Origin: an uncultured Gammaproteobacteria bacterium
GTDB taxonomy: Bacteria; Pseudomonadota; Gammaproteobacteria; Methylococcales; Methylomonadaceae
Reading direction: 5' to 3'
Assembly: GCA_963848675.1 (NCBI GenBank)
Contig: CAWKEY010000038.1
Span: 19,114-83,113 of the forward strand
DNA: 64,000 nt
In this document: positions 18,132 to 28,621 of the stretch, piece after piece
Numbering within the stretch: position 1 is the stretch's first letter
How the letters are laid out: each line of letters opens with the position of its first letter
Position numbers and translations under genes: made by a program
The notes under the pieces: model-generated
The model's input: only the letters and a program-made list of their open reading frames with translations
Told to the model about the DNA's origin: nothing
Database searches by the model: none

Positions 18132-20200
18132 TGGCGAGCAGCAAACATTTACTTTTTGAATTGGGCTCCGAAGAACTGCCCCCCAAAACCCTGCTAAAAC
18201 TGAGCAATGCTTTACTGGACAACATCTGCCAAGGCTTAAAAGACGCCGACTTAAGCTTTACCGGCAGCAAAGCCTATGCAACCCCCAGACGTCTGGCGGT
18301 GATTATCGAAAACCTGTCCACGGCGCAGCCCGACAAAACGGTTGAAAAACGCGGCCCTGCCGTGCAAGCGGCATTTGCGGCAGACGGCACGCCCAGCAAG
18401 GCTGCGCAGGGTTTTGCCGTAAGCTGCGGCACCACTTTCGACAAACTGGAACGCCTAAGGACCGACAAGGGCGAATGGCTGACTTACACGCAAAACATAA
18501 AAGGCCAAGCTACCGAGAAGCTGATACCGGACATCATCCGGCACAGTATTGCTATCCTGCCGATTGCCAAAAGAATGCGCTGGGGCAATTTCAGCACCGA
18601 ATTCGTTCGCCCTGTCCATTGGGCGGTCTTGCTTTACGGCGATACTGCGATTAAAACTGAAATTCTGGGACTGGAAAGCGGATCTGTCACTTACGGCCAC
18701 CGCTTCCATGCGCCGCAAAAAATCGAACTCGGCCAGCCGGAACAGTATCGGGATACCCTGTACCAGCAAGGCAGGGTCATTGCTGATTTTGAAGAACGTA
18801 AAGCGCTGATCCGTGCGGCGGCCCAACAAGCGGCGGCCACGGTCAACGGCATAGCCCACATCGAAGAGGAGCTACTGGAAGAAATTGCCGCCCTCAATGA
18901 ATGGCCGGTTCCGGTTACCGGAAATTTCGATGCGCGCTTTCTTGGATTGCCTGCCGAAGTACTGATCACCACGATGCAGACCAACCAGAAATATTTTCCG
19001 GTTAAAAACGCCGACGGCCATTTGCTGGCGCATTTCATCACCTTCAGCAACATCGAAAGCAGCAATCCCAAGTCGATACAACAAGGTAACGAGCGCGTCA
19101 TTACGCCGCGCCTGTCCGATGCCGAATTTTTCTGGAAACAGGACCGGAAAAAACATCTGGAAGAACATCTGCTAAACCTGGGCAGCATCATCTTTCAGGA
19201 AAAATTAGGCACACTAGCCGACAAAACCGAACGCGTCGTCAAGCTGGCCGATTATATTGCCACGCACATTTACGCAGACGTTGAACTGGCCAAACGCGCC
19301 GCCTTGCTGGCAAAAACTGATCTGATGACTGATATGGTCGGCGAGTTCGGCAATCTGCAAGGCATTATGGGCCGCTATTATGCGCTGGCCGACGGCGAAG
19401 CTTCCGAAGTCGCCTGGGCGCTTGAAGAGCAATATTTCCCCAAACAATCCGGGGCTCCGACAGCCGCTAGCCAGACCGGCCAAATTCTGGCCATTGCCGA
19501 AAAAATCGATACCTTGACCGGCATCTTCAGCGCCGGTTTGATCCCTACTGGCGACAAAGACCCTTATGCCCTAAGAAGAGCGGCGCTAGGCATACTCCGC
19601 ACGCTCATAGAAAATAATATTAATCTCAACATCCAACAGTTAATCGAGTATTCGCTAACGCTGTTTAGCCACGAATTTAATCACCCTGAAACGGGAAACC
19701 GTGTAGCGGATTTCATTTTTGAGCGTCTGAAAGGCTACTGTCTGGATCACGGCTACCGCGCGGATGAATTTGATGCCGTGATGTCGGTCAACCCCGCCGA
19801 ACCTTTAGACTTTATGCAGCGCCTTGAGGCCGTCAAAATATTCCGGCAACTGCCCGAAGCCGAGAGCCTGGCGGCTGCCAATAAACGCATCCGCAATATT
19901 CTGAAAAAATCGGAAACCCCCGCGTCCGCAAACATAGGCCAGCTTGCTGAAGCCGATGAAAAACGGCTGCTGGCCGCCGCCAGACAGTCTGCGGACGACA
20001 TTCTGCCGCTGCTGGAAAAACACGATTATCAGGCCACCCTCAGCCGTTTGGCGGGATTACGCAACGACGTGGATGCTTTTTTTGATCATGTCATGGTGAT
20101 GACCGATGATTTGGACCTGCGCGCCAACCGACTGGCCTTACTGACGCTGTTGTCCAAGCAGTTTTTAACCTGTGCCGACATCTCCAAACTGCAGCCCTGA
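18131..20200 (+). CDS. glyS: glycine--tRNA ligase beta subunit
   Basis: 689 aa, starts at the glyQ stop (ATAATG overlap), conserved LLFELGSEELPP N-terminus. Confidence 0.95.
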   Translation: MASSKHLLFELGSEELPPKTLLKLSNALLDNICQGLKDADLSFTGSKAYATPRRLAVIIENLSTAQPDKTVEKRGPAVQAAFAADGTPSKAAQGFAVSCGTTFDKLERLRTDKGEWLTYTQNIKGQATEKLIPDIIRHSIAILPIAKRMRWGNFSTEFVRPVHWAVLLYGDTAIKTEILGLESGSVTYGHRFHAPQKIELGQPEQYRDTLYQQGRVIADFEERKALIRAAAQQAAATVNGIAHIEEELLEEIAALNEWPVPVTGNFDARFLGLPAEVLITTMQTNQKYFPVKNADGHLLAHFITFSNIESSNPKSIQQGNERVITPRLSDAEFFWKQDRKKHLEEHLLNLGSIIFQEKLGTLADKTERVVKLADYIATHIYADVELAKRAALLAKTDLMTDMVGEFGNLQGIMGRYYALADGEASEVAWALEEQYFPKQSGAPTAASQTGQILAIAEKIDTLTGIFSAGLIPTGDKDPYALRRAALGILRTLIENNINLNIQQLIEYSLTLFSHEFNHPETGNRVADFIFERLKGYCLDHGYRADEFDAVMSVNPAEPLDFMQRLEAVKIFRQLPEAESLAAANKRIRNILKKSETPASANIGQLAEADEKRLLAAARQSADDILPLLEKHDYQATLSRLAGLRNDVDAFFDHVMVMTDDLDLRANRLALLTLLSKQFLTCADISKLQP

Positions 20201-20209
20201 TCAGCCCGG

Positions 20210-20755
20210 ATGAGTCAGAGCCGATACGTTTTGCTGGATCGTGACGGCGTTATCAACGCCGACTCGGATCAATTCATCAAATCGCCGGACGAATGGCAGC
20301 CCATTGCCGGCAGCCTTGAAGCCATTGCCCTGCTCAACCGGCATGGCTATAAAGTGGTGGTTATCAGCAATCAGTCCGGCCTCGCCCGCGGCTTGTTTGA
20401 TCTGACCATGCTGGAAAAAATCCATGCCAAAATGCAGCAACTGACCGCCGAAAAAGGTGGAAAAATTGATGCCGTTTATTTTTGTCCGCACGGGCCCGCT
20501 GATAACTGCAACTGCCGCAAACCCAGGCCAGGCCTGCTCGAAGCTTTTGCCGCCGACCACCATGTCAGTTTGCAGGGCATGTTTTTTATCGGCGATTCCC
20601 TGCGTGACATTCAGACAGCTCAAGCGGTAGGCGCGGCTCCAATACTGGTCAAAACCGGTAAGGGCCAAAAAACTCTAACCGATAATCCAGACCTTAACAT
20701 TCCTGTTTTCGAAAATCTTTATGACGCAGCACAGCACATCATTTCAGGGCAATAA
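20210..20755 (+). CDS. gmhB: D-glycero-beta-D-manno-heptose 1,7-bisphosphate 7-phosphatase
   Basis: HAD motif LLDRDGVIN and a CxC zinc-site-like FCPHGPADNCNCRKP. Confidence 0.85.
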   Translation: MSQSRYVLLDRDGVINADSDQFIKSPDEWQPIAGSLEAIALLNRHGYKVVVISNQSGLARGLFDLTMLEKIHAKMQQLTAEKGGKIDAVYFCPHGPADNCNCRKPRPGLLEAFAADHHVSLQGMFFIGDSLRDIQTAQAVGAAPILVKTGKGQKTLTDNPDLNIPVFENLYDAAQHIISGQ

Positions 20756-21473
20756 GATTCGTCTTTACCTAGGCTCGGCCATTTTCTTTGTCTGTATTTT
20801 TCTGACAGCTACCATCGTCGGCGTCCTGATTCTGTTAACCTTTTTCTTATCATTCGAGCGGCGCTTTAAAATAGCCAACCTATGGGTAGATGTCATTTTA
20901 TGGATGGCCAATTTTTTTTGCGGCCTCCGTTATCAGGTTGAAGGCCTTGAACACATTAAAGCGCAACCTACGGCCATTGTGCTCAGCAAACATCAGTCGG
21001 CCTGGGAAACGCTGGCGCTACGGAAATTTATCCCGACTCACTCGACCTTGCTAAAACGCTCATTACTCTGGATGCCGCTCTGGGGCTGGGCTCTCGCCAC
21101 CCTGAAACCCATTGCCATCGATCGCAAGAATCAGCGGGATGCCTTGCGCATCCTGCTCGACAAAGGCACTGCATATTTAAACGAGGGCTTATGGGTGCTG
21201 ATTTATCCTGAAGGCACCCGAACTGCTGTGGGCGAACCCACAAAATTTAGCGCCGGAGGCGCCATACTGGCACATAAATCGGGATATCCAGTGATCCCCA
21301 TTGCCCATAATGCCGGCGAATACTGGCCGCGCTATAGTTTCTTGAAATATCCCGGCACGATCAGGGTAAAAATTGGCCCTCCCATTGAAAGCAAAGGCCG
21401 CAAAGCCGCCGACATTAATGCCGAGGCTGAAGCCTGGGTAGAACAAGCCATGCAGGAAATCAGTGTGCAGTAG
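20721..21473 (+). CDS. plsC: 1-acyl-sn-glycerol-3-phosphate acyltransferase
   Basis: Acyltransferase HxxxxD/E block (SKHQSAWET) and YPEGTR block, with an N-terminal TM segment. Confidence 0.8.
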   Translation: MTQHSTSFQGNKIRLYLGSAIFFVCIFLTATIVGVLILLTFFLSFERRFKIANLWVDVILWMANFFCGLRYQVEGLEHIKAQPTAIVLSKHQSAWETLALRKFIPTHSTLLKRSLLWMPLWGWALATLKPIAIDRKNQRDALRILLDKGTAYLNEGLWVLIYPEGTRTAVGEPTKFSAGGAILAHKSGYPVIPIAHNAGEYWPRYSFLKYPGTIRVKIGPPIESKGRKAADINAEAEAWVEQAMQEISVQ

Positions 21474-21639
21474 GAGCGGACAAGCTTGGCAACGCTGCCT
21501 TGTCTGTAAGAACTGTTGTCAAATACAAGGCAACACTGGAACAAAACGGACTTTATACAATCATACAACGGTTATCCGGCAATAGCCGTATAATCAATAC
21601 ATTGTTACATCACATCATTAAAATAACGGTTACTCTTCC

Positions 21640-22092
21640 ATGAAAAAACTTCTGCTGATTTCCATATCCGCATTATTACTTTCAGCCTGCGCTGAAAAAG
21701 ATCAATATCAACAAGCTGTATTAGCGCAAATGCAAAAGGAAAAAGATATTAAGGACTATAAAATCGAACCTGAACACATGACCAAATGTGTCGTTGACAT
21801 GACCTCCGAAAACATGCCCGGCATTTTTCCGGCCGATCCCAATCGCATGACGGCATATCGCAACTATACCAAAATGCTGACCTTGAACGAGTCCCAAGAC
21901 CCTAAAAAAACCCTGGAAGAATTGCGCACCGATTTTGGTTCGGCCAAAGCGCTCGCTGATGCTCACAGCAACTACACGGAAAGCCTGATGAACTGCATAT
22001 CTGCGGTTGTCATGGAATCTGAAGCGGAAAGTAAAGCTGAAACGGCCACCGAAACTAGCAAACCCGCAGAAGCGCCCAAGGCCAAAAACTAG
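21640..22092 (+). CDS. lipoprotein, function unknown
   Basis: Lipobox LLLSAC at the end of a signal peptide. Confidence 0.6.
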   Translation: MKKLLLISISALLLSACAEKDQYQQAVLAQMQKEKDIKDYKIEPEHMTKCVVDMTSENMPGIFPADPNRMTAYRNYTKMLTLNESQDPKKTLEELRTDFGSAKALADAHSNYTESLMNCISAVVMESEAESKAETATETSKPAEAPKAKN

Positions 22093-22186
22093 CCGCTTAT
22101 TGGATAAACCCGTCAAACCGCGCTATGAATCCGAACAAATCTGCCGCCCTCTACCCGCCGGAAGCGTATGAAGGCGAGCAGAATAG

Positions 22187-22444
22187 TTAGGCATCAATCT
22201 TTAAGGCGCGGATAAATACTGCAACCTCGGCCTGGTCGAAGGGCCAGCCCAGCTCTTTTCGGGTTTCCGGGTGATACAAAACAGGAATGCGAATGGCATA
22301 GCGTTCCTGCCATTGTTCCTGTTCGGCAATATCGATTAGCTCAACCATCTGCTCGAATCTACCCGGCAGGCAGTCCTTGACAATGCGTTGAGCGTCTTCA
22401 CAAAGATGGCAGCCATCCGTGCCGAACAGCATGAGCGGTTTCAT
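22187..22444 (-). CDS. glutaredoxin-like small protein (DUF836-type)
   Basis: [18 protein letters not shown] contains a CxxC motif. I place the start at 22444, overlapping the upstream stop; the longer ORF-track start would run into the upstream gene. Confidence 0.6.
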   Translation of the reverse strand: MKPLMLFGTDGCHLCEDAQRIVKDCLPGRFEQMVELIDIAEQEQWQERYAIRIPVLYHPETRKELGWPFDQAEVAVFIRALKIDA

Positions 22445-22950
22445 CAATGTTTGGCCAGTTTGTCGAGAAAACCCATAAACAGGGCGGATACAACGAAAGT
22501 CAGATGAATCAGCACATACCACATGATTTTATCGTTATCCGTGGTCTGCACATTCATGAATATCTTCAACAAGTGTATCGATGAAATGGCGACTATCGAT
22601 GCCGCCACTTTCATTTTTAATGAGGCATAATCGTGCGTGCCGAGCCAGTCCAGTTTCTCGGTGGCTTCGCCCAGATCCATTTGCGAAACAAAATTTTCAT
22701 AGCCGCTGAACATAACGATCACAACCAGGCTCGCCACCAGGGTAAGGTCAATCAAGGTCAGCAAGGTCAACACCAGTTCGGATTCATCCACTTCAAAGAC
22801 ATGCGGGAGGAAATGATAAAGCTCCTGAAAAAACTTGACCGAAAGCGCCAACAGCGCCAGGCTCATGCCGATGTAAATCGGCGCCAGAATCCAGCGGCTG
22901 GCATACATCAATCGCTCCAGCGAACGCTCCACTTTTTCTTTGGTTGGCAT
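22444..22950 (-). CDS. YqhA/UPF0114-family membrane protein
   Basis: 168 aa with [18 protein letters not shown] and 3-4 TM helices. Confidence 0.65.
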   Translation of the reverse strand: MPTKEKVERSLERLMYASRWILAPIYIGMSLALLALSVKFFQELYHFLPHVFEVDESELVLTLLTLIDLTLVASLVVIVMFSGYENFVSQMDLGEATEKLDWLGTHDYASLKMKVAASIVAISSIHLLKIFMNVQTTDNDKIMWYVLIHLTFVVSALFMGFLDKLAKH

Positions 22951-23003
22951 GGCTATACCTTTTCGCTTTCTCTCGTGAATGATTTTGAATATTCTGGGTA
23001 ATT

Positions 23004-23133
23004 ATTCAGCGTTTTTTTGTAAGGTGCTTGATTATGCTGTCATTTCGACAAACGGGAGAAATCTTAAATGTTGGCTAATGCGTCCAGCCTTCAAGATTCC
23101 TCGCTCTGCCCGGAATGACAAATGATGCTGAAT
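23004..23133. repeat. MITE-like palindromic element, copy 1 of 4
   Basis: ATTCAGCG...TGTCATTTCGAC...GGGAGAAATCTTAA // TTCAAGATTCCTCGCTCTGCCCGGAATGACA...GCTGAAT. The arms are inverted copies. Related copies lie at 51153-51296, 56142-56284 and 60839-60966. Confidence 0.7.
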
Positions 23134-23181
23134 AGTAACTGTTCTGGCAACAGCGGCCACGTTCCCTCCTGATCTTTTGAC

Positions 23182-26100
23182 TCAATGATGCAAATGCGCT
23201 GCCAGCCAGCGCTCGGCGACTTCCTCGGCAATGCCTTTGCGGCGGGAATAATCCTGCAATTGATCCCTGTCAATTTTCCCGACATTGAAATACTGTGCTT
23301 CGGGATGAGAAAAATACCAGCCGCTGACCGCGGACGCCGGGTACATGGCATAGCTTTCAGTCAATTTAATGCTGGTATTCTCGGTTGCCTTGAGCAATTC
23401 AAACAGCTTGGCTTTCTCGGTATGATCGGGACAAGCGGGGTAACCCGGTGCCGGCCTGATACCCTGATAAGCCTCGTGAATTAAGTGCTCCCTGTCATGG
23501 GCTTCGTCTTGCGCATAGCCCCAGTAATTCTTTCTGACCGCCTCGTGCATGTATTCGGCAAACGCTTCTGCCAGTCTGTCAGCCAGCGCTTTCAGCATGA
23601 TGGCGCTGTAATCATCATGGTCGCGCTCGAACTGCTCCAGCTTGGCTTCGATGCCAATACCGGTGGTGACCGCGAAGGCACCGATATAATCGGCCTTGCC
23701 GCTGTCTACCGGCGCAATAAAATCAGACAAACAGTAGTTGGGGCGCCCGGGCGCTTTTACATTTTGCTGACGCAGGTGGTGCAAAATTTCCCGTTGCTGC
23801 GTCCGCGTTTCATCGGCATACACCAGCACATCATCGCCTTCGCTGTTGGCAGGAAAGAAACCGATAACGGCCCGCGCCGTGAGCCATTCTTCATTGATGA
23901 TTTTGTTCAGCATGGTCTGGGCATCGTCAAACAGCTTGCGCGCTTCGACGCCCACGACTTTATCAGCCAATATTTTGGGGTAGCTTCCAGCCATTTCCCA
24001 GGTTTGAAAAAACGGCGTCCAGTCGATATACCAGACCAGGGTATCAAGCGGAAACCGGTCAATGACCTTTATGCCCAGGAATGAAGGCTTGACCGGCTCA
24101 TAACGGCCCCAGTTAAATTTGTTGCGCCGGGCTTCATCCAGGGAATGTTGTTTGGTTTTGGCTTCGCGGCCTTTGTGCCTATCCCTGACTTCTTCATATT
24201 CTTGTCGTATTTTTCTAATGAAGTCCTCTTTCAGATCGGTACTCAGTAAATTGCTGGCGACACCGACACCTCGGGATGCATCGGTTACGTAAACTGTCGG
24301 GCCATGATAATTCGGCTCAATTTTCACTGCGGTATGCGCGCGCGAGGTCGTCGCGCCGCCTATCATCAAGGGAATTTCAAACCCTTGACGCTCCATCTCT
24401 TTGGCCATGTGCACCATTTCATCCAGAGACGGCGTAATCAGGCCGCTTAGGCCGATAATATCGACGTTTTCCAAGCGCGCGGTTTGTAAAATCTTCTCTG
24501 CAGGCACCATGACGCCTAAATCAATCACCTCGTAGTTATTGCACTGCAGCACCACGCCGACGATATTTTTACCGATGTCATGCACATCACCTTTCACTGT
24601 GGCCATCAGGATTTTGCCGTTGGTGCTGATTTCGCCAGCTTTGTCGGCCTCCATATAAGGCATTAAATAGGCGACGGCTTTTTTCATGACCCGCGCCGAT
24701 TTAACCACTTGCGGCAGGAACATTTTACCGGCGCCAAACAGGTCGCCGACCACGTTCATGCCATCCATTAAGGCGCCTTCAATCACATGCAGGGGCCTTT
24801 CGGCTTCAAGCCGGGCCTGTTCGGTATCTTCTTCGATATAATCGGCAATGCCTTTGACCAGGGCATGCTCCAGCCGCTTGCTGACCGGCCAGCTGCGCCA
24901 TTCACCATCTTCCTGTTTTGCCGCCGTGCTGCCGTCGCCACGGTACTTTTCCGCCAGTTCCAGCAGTTTTTCCGTAGCGTCCGGACCGAGGTTTAAAACG
25001 ACCGCTTCGACCGCATCCCGCAGCTCTTCGGGAATATCGTCGTAAATTCCCAATTGCCCGGCATTGACGATGCCCATGTCCATGCCGGCATTGATGGCGT
25101 GGTATAAAAATACGGCGTGTATGGCTTCCCGGACCGGATCGTTGCCGCGAAAAGAAAACGACACGTTGGACACGCCCCCCGAAATCAAAGCATGAGGCAA
25201 TGTGCGTTTGATTTCGCTGGCGGCTTCGATAAAATCCAGACCGTAATTATTGTGTTCGTCAATGCCGGTGGCAATCGCGAAAATATTGGGGTCAAAAATA
25301 ATGTCTTCCGCCGGGAAGCCGATCTGTCCGGTAAGAATTTTATAGGCCCGCCGGCATATTTCGACTTTTCTGTCTTTGCTATCGGCCTGCCCTTGCTCAT
25401 CAAATGCCATGACGATAGCCGCCGCCCCATAGCGGCGAATCAGTTTGGCATGATTGATAAACGCCTCTTCACCTTCTTTGATCGAGATGGAATTGACCAC
25501 GCCTTTACCCTGAATGCATTTAAGGCCGGCTTCCAGAATCTCCCATTTCGATGAATCGAGCATGATGGGCACTTTGGCAATGTCCGGCTCGGACGCAATC
25601 AGGTTAAGAAACCGCACCATGGCTTCTTTTGACTCCAACATGCCTTCATCCATGTTGATGTCAATAATCTGGGCACCGTTCTCAACCTGCTGCTTGGCAA
25701 TATCCAGCGCGGTTTCGAAATCACCCTGAACAATCAGACGTTTGAACAAGGCCGAACCGGTCACGTTAGTGCGCTCGCCGACATTCACAAACAAAGAATC
25801 CGGGCCGATATTCATGGGCTCCAAGCCTGCTAGCCGGCATTGTTTCTCGATCTCCGGCAGCTTTCTGGGGCTATGCGGTTTGACGGCTTCGACGATGGCT
25901 TTGATATGCGCCGGCGAGGTGCCGCAGCAGCCGCCGATGATGTTGATATACCCGCTCTTGGCCCAGTCGGCCAACTCCTCCGCCATGGCTTCCGGAGACT
26001 CGTCATATTCACCAAATTCATTGGGCAAACCGGCATTCGGATGCGCGGACACATGAGTCTCGGAAAGTGTAGATAATTCGTCGATATACTGGCGCAGCTC

Positions 26101-26853
26101 TTTGGCGCCCAGGGCACAGTTAAAACCAAAGGAAATCGGTTCGATATGCCGTAATGAATTCCAGAAAGCGCCGACAGTCTGACCCGACAGCGTTCTACCG
26201 GAGGCGTCGGTAATCGTGCCGGAAATCATGACCGGCAATTTATAGCCGATTTTTTCAAAATAGCTGTCAACCGCAAAAATGGCGGCCTTGGCATTCAGCG
26301 TGTCGAATACGGTTTCAATCAGAATAATATCCGCACCGCCGTCTATAAGGCCTCGCGTTGCATCCGTATAAGCTTCCACCAGCTCATCGAAAGAAATGTT
26401 GCGAAATCCCGGATCATTGACATCGGGAGACATCGATGCTGTGCGGTTGGTTGGACCTAAAACCCCGGCGACAAACCTTGGTTTTTCCGGTGTTTTTTGG
26501 GTGTATTCATCGGCCGCCTGCCTGGCAAGCCGCGCCGATTCAACATTGATCTCATACGCCAGGGACTCCATCCGGTAATCGGCCATGGCGATGCAGGTCG
26601 CGTTGAAGGTATTGGTTTCAACAATATCAGAGCCGACTTCCAAATAAGCGCTATGAATGGATTTGATGATGTCCGGCTGGGTTAATGACAGCAGATCGTT
26701 GTTGCCTTTAAGATCAACCTCCCATGCTGCAAAACGCTCGCCTCGATAATCTTTTTCTTCCAGCTTGTAGCCTTGGATCATCGTGCCCATTGCGCCATCA
26801 AGAAACAAGATTCTTTGCGACAATAGCTGCTTTAATAATTCTATTTTGCTCAT
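23182..26853 (-). CDS. metH: cobalamin-dependent methionine synthase
   Basis: 1223 aa with all modules recognisable (Hcy, pterin, B12 cap/binding with [10 protein letters not shown], and AdoMet domains). Confidence 0.97.
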   Translation of the reverse strand: MSKIELLKQLLSQRILFLDGAMGTMIQGYKLEEKDYRGERFAAWEVDLKGNNDLLSLTQPDIIKSIHSAYLEVGSDIVETNTFNATCIAMADYRMESLAYEINVESARLARQAADEYTQKTPEKPRFVAGVLGPTNRTASMSPDVNDPGFRNISFDELVEAYTDATRGLIDGGADIILIETVFDTLNAKAAIFAVDSYFEKIGYKLPVMISGTITDASGRTLSGQTVGAFWNSLRHIEPISFGFNCALGAKELRQYIDELSTLSETHVSAHPNAGLPNEFGEYDESPEAMAEELADWAKSGYINIIGGCCGTSPAHIKAIVEAVKPHSPRKLPEIEKQCRLAGLEPMNIGPDSLFVNVGERTNVTGSALFKRLIVQGDFETALDIAKQQVENGAQIIDINMDEGMLESKEAMVRFLNLIASEPDIAKVPIMLDSSKWEILEAGLKCIQGKGVVNSISIKEGEEAFINHAKLIRRYGAAAIVMAFDEQGQADSKDRKVEICRRAYKILTGQIGFPAEDIIFDPNIFAIATGIDEHNNYGLDFIEAASEIKRTLPHALISGGVSNVSFSFRGNDPVREAIHAVFLYHAINAGMDMGIVNAGQLGIYDDIPEELRDAVEAVVLNLGPDATEKLLELAEKYRGDGSTAAKQEDGEWRSWPVSKRLEHALVKGIADYIEEDTEQARLEAERPLHVIEGALMDGMNVVGDLFGAGKMFLPQVVKSARVMKKAVAYLMPYMEADKAGEISTNGKILMATVKGDVHDIGKNIVGVVLQCNNYEVIDLGVMVPAEKILQTARLENVDIIGLSGLITPSLDEMVHMAKEMERQGFEIPLMIGGATTSRAHTAVKIEPNYHGPTVYVTDASRGVGVASNLLSTDLKEDFIRKIRQEYEEVRDRHKGREAKTKQHSLDEARRNKFNWGRYEPVKPSFLGIKVIDRFPLDTLVWYIDWTPFFQTWEMAGSYPKILADKVVGVEARKLFDDAQTMLNKIINEEWLTARAVIGFFPANSEGDDVLVYADETRTQQREILHHLRQQNVKAPGRPNYCLSDFIAPVDSGKADYIGAFAVTTGIGIEAKLEQFERDHDDYSAIMLKALADRLAEAFAEYMHEAVRKNYWGYAQDEAHDREHLIHEAYQGIRPAPGYPACPDHTEKAKLFELLKATENTSIKLTESYAMYPASAVSGWYFSHPEAQYFNVGKIDRDQLQDYSRRKGIAEEVAERWLAAHLHH

Positions 26854-26969
26854 TGAGACTGCCGGGGATTTGTCAATTTGGATGAAATAAAGCCGAGTGC
26901 CGGCTGAATATAATCATTGCTTAATAAGCAAGCAACCACTATGATTTTTTTTATTTATGGGAGACGGGC

Positions 26970-27161
26970 ATGTCAAAGCCAACGATTTTACAAGTCATTA
27001 AAAGCGTTTTATCGGCCGCCATCGGCGTACAAAGCGAAGACAACAGGCTTAAAGACTTTGAACAAGGATCACTCATGCCTTATGTGATAGCCGGGGTGAT
27101 ATTCACAGTTCTGTTCATTACTGCGCTTATCTTCCTGGTATCCAGGGTGACAGCCGCATAA
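26970..27161 (+). CDS. DUF2970-type small membrane protein
   Basis: 63 aa with SVLSAAIGVQS and a C-terminal TM helix. Confidence 0.55.
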   Translation: MSKPTILQVIKSVLSAAIGVQSEDNRLKDFEQGSLMPYVIAGVIFTVLFITALIFLVSRVTAA

Positions 27162-27294
27162 CGGTTCTGCTTAGGCAAGCAGCCTGCAATAGACTATGAA
27201 CCCTTGTTGACAAATGCTGGGTTTATTCATAGCCAGCGATAAATAAAAAAAGCCCAAGCACGGCTTGAGCTTTTTTAATTGTTATTTTCCCGGC

Positions 27295-27717
27295 TTATTT
27301 TTCTGTGGTTTTAAAGCTTTGTTTGATGCCTTGAAACATTTCTTTGAGGCCGCCGAACAGATTTGCCATTGACAAAGTCTCTTTAGTGACAAACTTGATC
27401 CGCACAAATGCCATCGCGAAAAAACTAACGATTGAAGGCGACAACTCTAAATAAAGTGACTTTAGTACTCCGGTAAAGCCCAGAAAATCGCCTTCATTTT
27501 TTCTATCCGCCCCCTGAAGTGATTCATAGGCAGTGCCGGTCTCGCTAGCTCTAAATGACTCCAATATATAAATATTGAGATTAACCAGCAATAACTGCAG
27601 GCCGTAAAAGCCGACCGCCGCAATCGCAACCCACATTATTACGTTACTTACCTTGGCTTTCATGGCTGACTGATAAAACCAGAGAGCCACGAGAATCATT
27701 ACAATACCACCTATCAT
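27295..27717 (-). CDS. membrane protein, function unknown
   Basis: 140 aa with 2-3 TM helices, in AT-rich sequence. Confidence 0.5.
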   Translation of the reverse strand: MIGGIVMILVALWFYQSAMKAKVSNVIMWVAIAAVGFYGLQLLLVNLNIYILESFRASETGTAYESLQGADRKNEGDFLGFTGVLKSLYLELSPSIVSFFAMAFVRIKFVTKETLSMANLFGGLKEMFQGIKQSFKTTEK

Positions 27718-27738
27718 AGCTATACCCTTTTTAATTAA

Positions 27739-28128
27739 TTATTTTTTTGTTAGAAAGAAATAAAGATATGTACACTTTAAGACCATTTTGGATCCGTCTT
27801 TTTCAACGACCTTGCATGATTCAAATTTTTCCCGTCCCGGCGTCGCCTGCTTCTTAATGACACCATCTGCCACAGAATACTTAAGCGCCACCTTGAACTC
27901 ACTGGTTCGTCCGACGGAGTCCGTTGATGTCGTTTGCAAAGTGCCGTCTTCCTTAAAATCCCATTCTACTGTCAGTGCTTTCTTCTCGCCATCCAGCTTA
28001 GCCGCCTCAGCATACACATTCCATTTACCCAAAATTTCAGACTCATCTTTAAGTGCAATATCCGCCTGCGCCGAGAGTGCAAAGAAAATCGCCGCTAATG
28101 GCAAAATTTTAACGCGTTTTTTTATCAT
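27739..28128 (-). CDS. secreted protein, function unknown (lipocalin-like size)
   Basis: Signal peptide MIKKRVKILPLAAIFFALSAQA; 129 aa. Confidence 0.5.
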   Translation of the reverse strand: MIKKRVKILPLAAIFFALSAQADIALKDESEILGKWNVYAEAAKLDGEKKALTVEWDFKEDGTLQTTSTDSVGRTSEFKVALKYSVADGVIKKQATPGREKFESCKVVEKDGSKMVLKCTYLYFFLTKK

Positions 28129-28349
28129 TTCTTAAACCCTCAAGTTTCAGCTTATAATTTTTTATTTTAAAGCATAACACCCTCGCTATCGAGCTTTAAT
28201 TTCAACAAAAAAATAGCTTGGCCTGCCCAACGGCTTTAGCCAACACCGGCAAATAAACCCTTGACTTTACCAGCCCCTAAAGTATCATAATCTTTCCGTT
28301 TGCTAAGTATTTAGCATTTTTTAAAATCATAATTATAGGTAGGACACTC

Positions 28350-28481
28350 ATGGGAGCGATCTTAGATATCACTGAAATGTTAAAAGAACCAGCAGGCATG
28401 GTTGGTGCAGTTGTTATTATAGCCGCTGGTTATTTCCTCGTAAAATGGGTCTTCGCAGAACACCCAGATGACGAGAAATAA
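28350..28481 (+). CDS. 43-aa single-pass membrane micro-protein (below the ORF-track length cutoff)
   Basis: The ATG at 28350 gives MGAILDITEMLKEPAGMVGAVVIIAAGYFLVKWVFAEHPDDEK. It is followed by the stem-loop GACCGTTATC...GATAACGGCC and lies 140 nt upstream of the HTTM-DCC gene. Confidence 0.35.
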   Translation: MGAILDITEMLKEPAGMVGAVVIIAAGYFLVKWVFAEHPDDEK

Positions 28482-28621
28482 GCTTTAATAGATTCTCGCT
28501 AAGACCGTTATCAACTCAAACAGAGCCCGATAACGGCCTTAGTTTCATCCGAGCATTTCCCCACTAAATCCATTTATTTCTTTTATAATTTATACATTTC
28601 TTCGACCCTTCGAACCTTGAA

